49,740 bases of DNA. Source: Minisyncoccota bacterium (GTDB lineage Bacteria; Patescibacteriota; Minisyncoccia; Phycocordibacterales; JAGLPS01). The notes beneath the pieces were generated by a model. It saw only the letters and a program-made list of their open reading frames with translations. It was not told where the DNA came from and ran no database searches. The stretch lies in assembly GCA_023137185.1 (NCBI GenBank), contig JAGLPS010000018.1, positions 1 through 49,740 of the forward strand, given 5' to 3'. This document shows positions 27,130 to 33,816 of the stretch, one piece after another (positions within the stretch are counted from its first letter, which is position 1; each line of letters starts with the position of its first letter). Position numbers and translations under genes: made by a program.

Positions 27130-27429
27130 TTAATAACTTCGCCCCATAGAAGCAAAAATCGCTTCTCCTTCGCGGCAGCCCTTGCATAAACATTTATCGC
27201 CATATTCTGGCCGATATTCTACCTCATTAGTGCTTCCGCAAGTATCACATTTTTTTGCTTTCTTAATTTTACACTCTTCGCAGTGCCCTTCTGGCACTCT
27301 TGAGGGACAAACAGGCAATTTTTTGAAATCGTCTTTTGTTAACTTATGTCTGCAAAAGCAGCAAAAATTAGAGTCAGGAAAAAATATAGTCCGCTCGCAA
27401 TTTGGACAAACAAATGCTTTCTCTCCCAT
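27130..27429 (-). CDS. Cys-rich zinc-ribbon protein
   Basis: CPNC...CCFC, CEEC...CDTC and CLCKGC pairs; AAAAGGAGG SD upstream. Confidence 0.5.
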   Translation of the reverse strand: MGEKAFVCPNCERTIFFPDSNFCCFCRHKLTKDDFKKLPVCPSRVPEGHCEECKIKKAKKCDTCGSTNEVEYRPEYGDKCLCKGCREGEAIFASMGRSY

Positions 27430-27543
27430 TTCTGTCCTCCTTTTTTAGGGTTCAATTTTCTAGCTGAAAATTAGCACAGCAAACTTATAAGGTCAAACTC
27501 AAATTTCACATACATCCAAACGCTGTGGACCCTAGCGGATTTG

Positions 27544-27612
27544 TCCCGATATAATTTATTATATCGCGGATCCTCGATTTTTCTAAAAGTATCAACTTTT
27601 GGAAAATCGGGG
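27544..27612. repeat. 69-nt structured insertion in the T loop of the split tRNA (between U55 and C56, +/-1)
   Basis: TCCCGA...TCGGGG termini; 48-nt core identical to 27941-27988. Confidence 0.8.
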
Positions 27613-27632
27613 AACCGCTGACCTCCTCATTG

Positions 27633-27881
27633 TCCCGAAGAACAAGAAGTGGCAACGACTATGTTCTTCGCGATCCCGTGAATAATGAACGATGGAGGCG
27701 GAAGTTTTTGAGCATTTTGGTGGACCCTAGGAGATTCGAACTCCTGACCTCCTCATTGCAAATGAGGCGCTCTACCAACTAAGCTAAGGGCCCACCAAAA
27801 GGCTCAACTAATTTGCATAAAATGCACTTTTGTTAACGGGATCTCGAAAAATATATTCACTTCGTTCATTATTTTTCGGGA
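27633..27881. other. 249-nt insertion in the anticodon loop (G35/C36) of the split tRNA, carrying the intact tRNA-Ala(UGC)
   Basis: TCCCGAA...TTCGGGA termini, hairpins next to both ends, GATCCCG/CGGGATC and GAATAATGAACGA/TCGTTCATTATT pairings around the nested tRNA. Confidence 0.7.
27718..27793 (-). tRNA. tRNA-Ala(UGC), CCA encoded
   Basis: hand-folded 76-nt cloverleaf, anticodon loop TTTGCAA, G3:U70. Confidence 0.92.
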
Positions 27882-27885
27882 CAAA

Positions 27886-27905
27886 CCTGCCTGCCGGCAG
27901 GCAGG
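27886..27905. repeat. 20-nt perfect GC-rich palindrome CCTGCCTGCCGGCAGGCAGG inserted between nt 31 and 32 of the split tRNA
   Basis: perfect palindrome; related to CCTGCCTACCGTAGGCAGG at 33704-33722. Confidence 0.8.
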
Positions 27906-27918
27906 TGAGGCGCTCTAC

Positions 27919-27989
27919 TCCCGAAAATCACTTGAGATTTTCGCGGATCCTCGATTTTTCTAAAAGTATCAACTTTTGGAAAATCGGGA
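27919..27989. repeat. 71-nt structured insertion in the D loop of the split tRNA (between G18 and G19)
   Basis: TCCCGA...TCGGGA termini; 48-nt core identical to 27564-27611. Confidence 0.8.
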
Positions 27990-28071
27990 CAACTAAGCTA
28001 AGGGCCCCCTTATTCAGAAAAGTTTTTATACTTTACTAAAAAATCCCCTGCGGGACAAAATCCATTCTACC

Positions 28072-29037
28072 TTATTTCCTAGTCAGCGCAAGAGTAACAA
28101 GATGGTCCAAAAAGTGAGGGAACTCCGTTCCTCCCTCCGCAAGCGCTTTTGGAAGAAGGGACTCGGGGGTAAGCCCCGGAAGAGTGTTTGTTTCCAAAAG
28201 ATAAACACCGCGAGGAGAAATTATGAAATCCGAACGCGAGTAGTGGCGCAAGTGGAGCGCGTTATGCGCCTCTTTCGCCGCATATTGAATTTCATTCTTT
28301 ACATCCCTTTCAAAATGCGCGGGACAAATTTCTTGGCTCTCACCGCTGTATTTCGCGTTGTAGTCAAAAAACTCGCTTGTTTCAGGCTGAATAATTTCAA
28401 TGGGAAACAACGGATATAATTTTTCTCCTCTAAAATTTTCAACCACCCCACAGGAAGCTTCGCGTCCGCGGATAAATTCTTCAACAAGCGCCGACGGAGA
28501 ATGCGTAAGCGCTTCCGCGACCGCGTCCTCAAGCTCTGGAAAGCTTCTGACAATCCGCACCCCGACCGACGAGCCTGCCGAAGCCGGTTTTACGACACAA
28601 GGATGCGGAAAGTTTTTAAAAATATCAAGAAGTATCTCTTTAGATACAGTGTCTTTTTTTACGACAATATGTCGGGGCATTTTAAGACCACGATTTTCAA
28701 ACGCTCTTTTGGAGAGAACTTTGTTCATTCCAAGAGCCGAACCGAAAACTCCCGAGCCCGTATACGGAACGCTAAAATTATCAAGAAACCGCTGAACTTT
28801 GCCGTCTTCCCCATACGCCCCGTGCAAAGCGTTGAAAATGACATCTACTCTCTTCAACACTCTTTCAGGATTGCGAGGGACACCTCCGCTATGCCACGTG
28901 CCGTCTTTTGAAATCAAGATATCGTGACCAACATATTTTTCAGGTAAGTGTTTCAAAACACTTGCTCCAGTATTAAGAGAGACTTCATATTCATTTGAGG
29001 GACCTCCTCTAATGACTCCAACAACTATCTTAGACAT
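28072..29037 (-). CDS. ddl: D-alanine--D-alanine ligase
   Basis: EYEVSLNTG and ALHGAYGEDGKVQ motifs plus an ATP-grasp C-terminal half. Confidence 0.92.
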   Translation of the reverse strand: MSKIVVGVIRGGPSNEYEVSLNTGASVLKHLPEKYVGHDILISKDGTWHSGGVPRNPERVLKRVDVIFNALHGAYGEDGKVQRFLDNFSVPYTGSGVFGSALGMNKVLSKRAFENRGLKMPRHIVVKKDTVSKEILLDIFKNFPHPCVVKPASAGSSVGVRIVRSFPELEDAVAEALTHSPSALVEEFIRGREASCGVVENFRGEKLYPLFPIEIIQPETSEFFDYNAKYSGESQEICPAHFERDVKNEIQYAAKEAHNALHLRHYSRSDFIISPRGVYLLETNTLPGLTPESLLPKALAEGGTEFPHFLDHLVTLALTRK

Positions 29038-29150
29038 ACATACACTTTATCATAAATCCTGCAACCAAAACTGACACTGAAGAAGTGTGGTATTCCGACG
29101 ACTTTATAAAAACAACAATACCGTTTTTACGCGAAATTTTCTGGTAATTT

Positions 29151-29188
29151 AAAAAAAAGCCGCAATTCGCTCATACACGAATTGCGGC
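29151..29188 (-). terminator. intrinsic terminator (GCCGCAATTCG stem plus T8)
   Basis: 11-bp stem GCCGCAATTCG/CGAATTGCGGC followed by TTTTTTTT on the minus strand; overlaps the last codons of the gene. Confidence 0.75.
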
Positions 29189-29395
29189 ACGTTTTTCAAA
29201 GACTCTTTTCTTTGTTTTTCTTTCGAGCTTTTCCTTTTTTCTTAAAAACTCCCTTACTTCCTTGTTTCTTTGATGTTCTGCCACGCTAAACCTCATTATG
29301 GTGACCATTCCACTGATACCCTGCCGTTCAAAAGCTGCTATAAGCTCTTCTGACAAAGGTCGAGTCTCTACCATTTTTATCCCACTTTTTCTCAC
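29171..29395 (-). CDS. small basic hypothetical protein
   Basis: GTG start 5 nt after AGGAGG; 74 aa; own terminator. Confidence 0.4.
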   Translation of the reverse strand: MRKSGIKMVETRPLSEELIAAFERQGISGMVTIMRFSVAEHQRNKEVREFLRKKEKLERKTKKRVFEKRAAIRV

Positions 29396-29491
29396 TATCT
29401 CCTCCTTCCGTTAAGATTCGTAAGAACTTTTTCTTTATTATAAACGCTAAAATCAGAAAAATCTATTTCTTGGATTTTTCGCCTTTACTTA

Positions 29492-29580
29492 GAAGCTTAG
29501 CTTCCAAGTACGGTTTTGGATACTAAGTATCCAAAAGCTGTAAAATTATTACACTACATTTTGAGGCCGAACCTCCAAGT
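29492..29580 (+). repeat. composite intergenic repeat in the opposite orientation to the other copies
   Basis: TTTTGGATACTAAGTATCCAAAA (29514-29536), AGCTGTAAAATTATTACACTACA box, TTGAGGCCGAACCTCCAA hairpin. Confidence 0.7.
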
Positions 29581-29658
29581 GGCAACCTCTAAAGAAAAAT
29601 TTCCTCATCGCGCATCGTATAGTGGTTTAGCGGGTTAATCACAGTACAAGAGGGAGTA

Positions 29659-29693
29659 AAAGAAAAGCCGCAATATAAAAATATACTGCGGCT
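29659..29693 (-). terminator. intrinsic terminator (AGCCGCA stem)
   Basis: AGCCGCA/TGCGGCT stem with an AT extension, followed by a T-rich tail on the minus strand. Confidence 0.6.
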
Positions 29694-29709
29694 TGAATGT
29701 GGGAGAAAA

Positions 29710-29862
29710 TCAGTCTTCCTGATCGGGACGTACCCGACATGAAATATGTTCTACCTTAAAAATACGTTTTTTCCCGCTACGGTCTCGATATTTTTCTGAT
29801 TTCGGCATATCTTTTAATGCCACGTCCATCAGTTTGAGTAAATCATCAGACTCTTCTTTCAC
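29710..29862 (-). CDS. small hypothetical protein (50 aa)
   Basis: GTG at 29862 preceded by AAAGGAG; the longest ORF (TTG at 29898) is less likely. Confidence 0.3.
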   Translation of the reverse strand: MKEESDDLLKLMDVALKDMPKSEKYRDRSGKKRIFKVEHISCRVRPDQED

Positions 29863-29910
29863 TATTACTCTCCTTTCTGAAAATGTACTAAAGTGCAATT
29901 ATAACACACG

Positions 29911-29949
29911 AAAAAAGACCGCAATTTGCATATACGCAAATCGCGGCCG
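29911..29949 (-). terminator. intrinsic terminator (GACCGCAATTTGC stem)
   Basis: imperfect 12-bp stem followed by TTTTTT on the minus strand. Confidence 0.6.
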
Positions 29950-29961
29950 AGAAATACACGT

Positions 29962-30183
29962 TTATCTTTTGAAAAATATCGGGCGTTCGCGAATGTATTT
30001 TTCAGAAAGTTTTTCCTGCCTCCTTTTTTCTTTCAAAAACATAGTCACCTTCTTATGAACACGACGACCAAGAGGTGTTTCTTTCAGAACAATTATCTTG
30101 CTCGGAACACCAGCTTCGTCAAGGGTCATAATACACTTCGCTGAAAATGGGATTCTTTGCGTTTTTCTTCTGTCTGTCTTCAT
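29962..30183 (-). CDS. small basic hypothetical protein (73 aa) with an RRxxxR motif
   Basis: ATG at 30183 preceded by AAGGAGG; MKTDRRKTQRIPF... Confidence 0.4.
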   Translation of the reverse strand: MKTDRRKTQRIPFSAKCIMTLDEAGVPSKIIVLKETPLGRRVHKKVTMFLKEKRRQEKLSEKYIRERPIFFKR

Positions 30184-30321
30184 CGCGCCCTCCTTTATCA
30201 GAGAATTAACTGTTATGTAACAAGAACTTTTTTTAGTATACACACCTCATTCGGAAAATCTACCTCTTGAATTTTTTGTCTTCAAGAATTTTTATTGGAT
30301 ACCAAAATACCCCACCCTTCT

Positions 30322-30432
30322 GCCCCCACGCCAACTTTGTCATAGTATTTTGTTGCCTCAATAGCGTTATTCATACTATCTATTCCAATGACGGTTGTAA
30401 TGTAGTGTTACTGCCGCACTTCTGAAAATACT
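30322..30432 (+). repeat. partial copy (left end and core) of the ~135-nt inverted-repeat element
   Basis: GCCCCCACGCCAACTTTGTCATAGTATTTTGTTGCCT...GAAAATACT; right terminal repeat missing. Confidence 0.65.
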
Positions 30433-30496
30433 CTCCCTACGAGAGATGTCTGACACTCTTTAATCTAAACTTATTTTACTGTGATTTATTATCACC

Positions 30497-31033
30497 TTAC
30501 TGACCAAGATGGATCCAAAATACATCACATGATCCTCCTGTTACATATATGCAACTTTTACCCCTCCAAGGACATACAGAATACCCCCCATCCTGGCATG
30601 TTGTGCCATTAGGGTATTTTGCATTTTGTTGCAAAGGATTGCCTTCTAGCATAGTACGCAGAAGAAAAATATTACCTGATGCGTTGTATTGATAATCACC
30701 ACCCCACGTTGTTGACCCATCGTTGCCGTATAAAGGATCTGTGGGTATAATTGATATATAATTTGGAACAAGAGCAGACGCCAGACAGTGTGTTTGGTCA
30801 TCAATGAACGTATCGTTACCACTTAAACCAAGGCACGGCCATTCTCCATTATCGTCATAATATAGTGTGAGCGCTAAATTTAGCTGTTTTAAATCTGATA
30901 TTCTAAGAACGTCGCGAGCTTTTATTCTTGCATTATTCAGACTTACCAAAACTATACTTGATAATAAACTGATTACAGAAATAACCACAAGAAGCTCAAT
31001 TAGAGTAAAACCTAAATTGTGCTTCTTCTTCAT
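30497..31033 (-). CDS. type IV pilin-like protein (prepilin N-terminal cleavage/methylation domain)
   Basis: KKHNLGFTLIELLVVISVISLL leader and hydrophobic helix. Confidence 0.85.
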   Translation of the reverse strand: MKKKHNLGFTLIELLVVISVISLLSSIVLVSLNNARIKARDVLRISDLKQLNLALTLYYDDNGEWPCLGLSGNDTFIDDQTHCLASALVPNYISIIPTDPLYGNDGSTTWGGDYQYNASGNIFLLRTMLEGNPLQQNAKYPNGTTCQDGGYSVCPWRGKSCIYVTGGSCDVFWIHLGQ

Positions 31034-31057
31034 TGGATATTAGCAAAAAGAAATTAT

Positions 31058-31561
31058 TTACTGCTGTAATAAACGGACATCAAGAAGTTCAACTTCAAAA
31101 ATAAGCGTAGCATTTTCAAGCGGATGCCCCGCCACTTTTCCATATGAAAGTTCAGGAGGAATCGCAAGTTTTCTAATACCTCCTACCTTCATTCCTGCAA
31201 ATCCTTTATCCCAACCTTCAATGACCTGTCCTGCTCCAAGTACAAACTGGAATGGCTGATTACGATCGCGAGAACTATCAAATTTTGTCCCATCGGGAAG
31301 TGTGCCGACATAATGAACGGTGAGAACTGTGCCGGAGATAGCTTCAGCACCATCTCCTATTTTTACATCCTGAACAAGTAGTCCTTCTGGAAACTGCTGT
31401 TTTTGTTCCATACTTTTATCTGGTGTTAAGAATTGATCTAAGTTTCCCACGGCGCCAAGAAAAGAAAACCACTGCTGTCCGAAAACGAAAAAGATAATTC
31501 CTATAACAATAATAATTATCAAAACCAGCTGATTTTGAGTCAATTTTTTCATCCCGTACAA
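31058..31561 (-). CDS. membrane-anchored FKBP-type peptidyl-prolyl cis-trans isomerase
   Basis: N-terminal TM; FKBP core YVGTLPDGTKFDSS...GAGQVIEGWDKG...IPPELSYG. Confidence 0.85.
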   Translation of the reverse strand: MYGMKKLTQNQLVLIIIIVIGIIFFVFGQQWFSFLGAVGNLDQFLTPDKSMEQKQQFPEGLLVQDVKIGDGAEAISGTVLTVHYVGTLPDGTKFDSSRDRNQPFQFVLGAGQVIEGWDKGFAGMKVGGIRKLAIPPELSYGKVAGHPLENATLIFEVELLDVRLLQQ

Positions 31562-31745
31562 AATAGGACGCGGACAGTAAAAACCGCATCTCCTAATAAC
31601 ATATTCTTATAATATCGACTTAACATATATATTTCACTCTTCCGCTGCGTCCGCGATTTCGTACGGGATTCATAATAGTTTTTTTTAGTGTTTTCCACCT
31701 ACTCCCATATACTTTAACTATACTATGCAGGGTTTGACGTGTACA

Positions 31746-31877
31746 CCCCCACGCCAACTTTGTCATTGTCACAGTATTTTCAAAAATAAAGTAATTGTAA
31801 AAAACACAGCAATATCTTCGGTGTTATGAACGCATCGGCTTAGGCAACAAAATACTATGCCAAAGTTGGCGTGGGGG
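31746..31877 (-). repeat. complete copy of the ~135-nt element with perfect 17-bp terminal inverted repeats
   Basis: CCCCCACGCCAACTTTG ... CAAAGTTGGCGTGGGGG; internal sequence is the reverse complement of copies 30322 and 32813. Confidence 0.8.
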
Positions 31878-32040
31878 CTCTTTCCAAAAGCAAGATTTTC
31901 GCTTAAAATAGAAGATAATTAGTCCCGTTAGAAACTGCGGTCACGTGATATAATTATGAGTAAAATTAGAAATACAAGTCGAACATTTACAAAAACTAAC
32001 AGCATACAGAGCGGCACAACCGCAATCTGTTTCTAATGGG

Positions 32041-32769
32041 ATGAAAAAAATTCTTAACGTTCCCGAAAAACAACTCCCTATTAAGCCGCTAACACGAGAC
32101 GAGCTTGAAGAAGACATTAAAAAGCGTTTATCCGTTATTACTGAAGAATTTACCAAAGGTTTGCAAATTCTAAAAGACCATCCATCTTCAGTAACCTTTT
32201 TTGGGTCTTCCTTTGTTAAAGAAGGAGGTGAATATTACGAAAAAGCAAAAGGGCTGGCTTCAAGGGTTGTCAAAGAACTTAATTATTCGATCGTTACTGG
32301 AGGAGGACCCGGCATTATGGAAGCGGCAAATCGCGGAGCATATGAAGCGGGAGGAATTTCGGTGGGACTTAATATCAAACTCTTAGAAGAGCAAACGACA
32401 AATCCATACGTCGCCGAAGAAGCTGCTTTTTATTATTTCTTTATCAGAAAAGTTTGCCTTTCTTTTTCTGCCGAAGCATATATTTTTTTCCCTGGTGGAT
32501 TCGGAACGATGGATGAAATGTTTGAAATTTTGACACTCGTGCAAACAAAAAAAATCAAACCTGTTCCAATAGTATTGTTTGGAAAAGCATACTGGGACAA
32601 GTGGGAAACACTATTTAAGGAAGAAATTTTAAAACGAGGAATGATTGACGAGGAAGATATGTCTTTGTATACCATCACCGACAGTCAAGACGACGTTATT
32701 TCTTTGATTAAAAGCACGCCAGTGCAAAGTGGCGTTCCGTATAATACTAACCGCAAAAATTCACTGTAA
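32041..32769 (+). CDS. LOG family (TIGR00730) Rossmann-fold nucleotide-binding protein
   Basis: GGGPGIMEAANRGA and PGGFGTMDE motifs. Confidence 0.88.
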   Translation: MKKILNVPEKQLPIKPLTRDELEEDIKKRLSVITEEFTKGLQILKDHPSSVTFFGSSFVKEGGEYYEKAKGLASRVVKELNYSIVTGGGPGIMEAANRGAYEAGGISVGLNIKLLEEQTTNPYVAEEAAFYYFFIRKVCLSFSAEAYIFFPGGFGTMDEMFEILTLVQTKKIKPVPIVLFGKAYWDKWETLFKEEILKRGMIDEEDMSLYTITDSQDDVISLIKSTPVQSGVPYNTNRKNSL

Positions 32770-32812
32770 CTACTAAAAAGAAGCTTTCATAATAAAGTTT
32801 GCCGTCCGCTTT

Positions 32813-32947
32813 GCCCCCACACCTATTTTCCCGTAGTATTTTGTCGTCTAAGCCGATGTATTCACAATATCGGGAAGCACAGCCACACTTTTTACATTCA
32901 CATTATCCTTGAAAATACTGTGACAACGGAAAAGTAGGTGTGGGGGC
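32813..32947 (+). repeat. complete diverged copy of the ~135-nt inverted-repeat element
   Basis: GCCCCCACACCTATTTTCC ... GGAAAAGTAGGTGTGGGGGC termini; core shared with 31746-31877 in reverse complement. Confidence 0.75.
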
Positions 32948-32957
32948 TTCCAATAAA

Positions 32958-32987
32958 AAACCCGTTAGTTTATAAACTAACGGGTTT
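32958..32987 (-). terminator. intrinsic terminator after the 32998 gene
   Basis: AAACCCGTTAGTTTA/TAAACTAACGGGTTT palindrome followed by a T-run on the minus strand. Confidence 0.7.
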
Positions 32988-32997
32988 GTATTTCATC

Positions 32998-33585
32998 TCA
33001 AAGAAAATGAAATACAGTAGAATTCCAACCGAAATTTTGTTGTTCTTCAATAAGCGCTTTTTCTTTAATTTGGAGTTTTTCAAGTGATTTTCTTGAAAAG
33101 CCATATCCTAAGCGTTTGTAGGCTTTCACCAAAGGTGAATATCGCTTATTTTTACCATAAAGAGAACCGGAAAACACCTTGTATCTGTCACCGTTTGGAA
33201 AATAACAACCAAATTCCCGCAAATTGTTCCCGCGCTCCTTAATAGCCTGCTTCATTGACATTCCTTTTTTGACAAGAAGAATGAATAACTGGTCTCCTAA
33301 ATCAAGCCATCGTACCGGTTTCATTTGCTTCCCAAACTCGGTACATATTTCGTATTTTTTATTATCACTTTCCGCGTTAACATCAAAACCTATAATCAGG
33401 CGTATTTCTTGATCTAACAAAGGTCGCCGTATTTCTTTTGAAAAGCGGGCAAGAAATTCCCATTTTAGAAAATCTTGAAACGAATATAAATCCTCTCTCC
33501 TTTTTCTAAAATATTTGAGCGCCTGCGGCTTAAGCGCAATTGTCCCATTGTTCTTTTTTTCCTTTCCACTGATTCCCTCTTTCAT
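32998..33585 (-). CDS. hypothetical protein (195 aa)
   Basis: clean ORF with its own terminator; no family recognised. Confidence 0.45.
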   Translation of the reverse strand: MKEGISGKEKKNNGTIALKPQALKYFRKRREDLYSFQDFLKWEFLARFSKEIRRPLLDQEIRLIIGFDVNAESDNKKYEICTEFGKQMKPVRWLDLGDQLFILLVKKGMSMKQAIKERGNNLREFGCYFPNGDRYKVFSGSLYGKNKRYSPLVKAYKRLGYGFSRKSLEKLQIKEKALIEEQQNFGWNSTVFHFL

Positions 33586-33664
33586 ACAATCCCTCCTTTT
33601 TGTAAAAAATTTTGTTTTCTCAAAACAGTTTCAAGGAAACTTGTACATTTATTTTGACAAGCGA

Positions 33665-33778
33665 GTATGCCGCGAAAGCTTCCGAGCTTTCATGGCATAC
33701 AAGCCTGCCTACCGTAGGCAGGTCGAAGTCAAACTATAGGTCAATACCGCCCCGCCTACGGCGGGGCGAGAGACCTAT
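33665..33778. other. cluster of three GC-rich hairpins in an AT-rich spacer
   Basis: 33665-33700 GTATGCC..GGCATAC; 33704-33722 CCTGCCTACCGTAGGCAGG; 33736-33778 ATAGGTC..CGCCCCGCC-TAC-GGCGGGGCG..GACCTAT. Confidence 0.7.
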
Positions 33779-33816
33779 ATTCTAAAATATAGATTAACAG
33801 CTAAAATTAGCTTCTG

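Larger units (their letters stand above)
27526..28007 (-). pseudogene. tRNA-Ala(UGC) gene split into five exon-like pieces by four insertions (functional status unknown)
   Basis: pieces 28007-27990, 27918-27906, 27885-27882, 27632-27613 and 27543-27526 concatenate to a perfect 73-nt cloverleaf with G3:U70. Confidence 0.75.

Noticed and set aside
27633-27881. Group I intron in the tRNA anticodon loop
   Set aside because: At 249 nt, with 76 nt being a tRNA, it is too short. I could not recognise P3-P8 core or guanosine-binding-site features. The insertion point 35/36 and the TCCCGA/TCGGGA ends match the small elements instead.
30322-32947. The ~135-nt elements as integron attC sites
   Set aside because: The copies are in alternating rather than uniform orientation. 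There is no GTTRRRY core at the ends and no intI gene.
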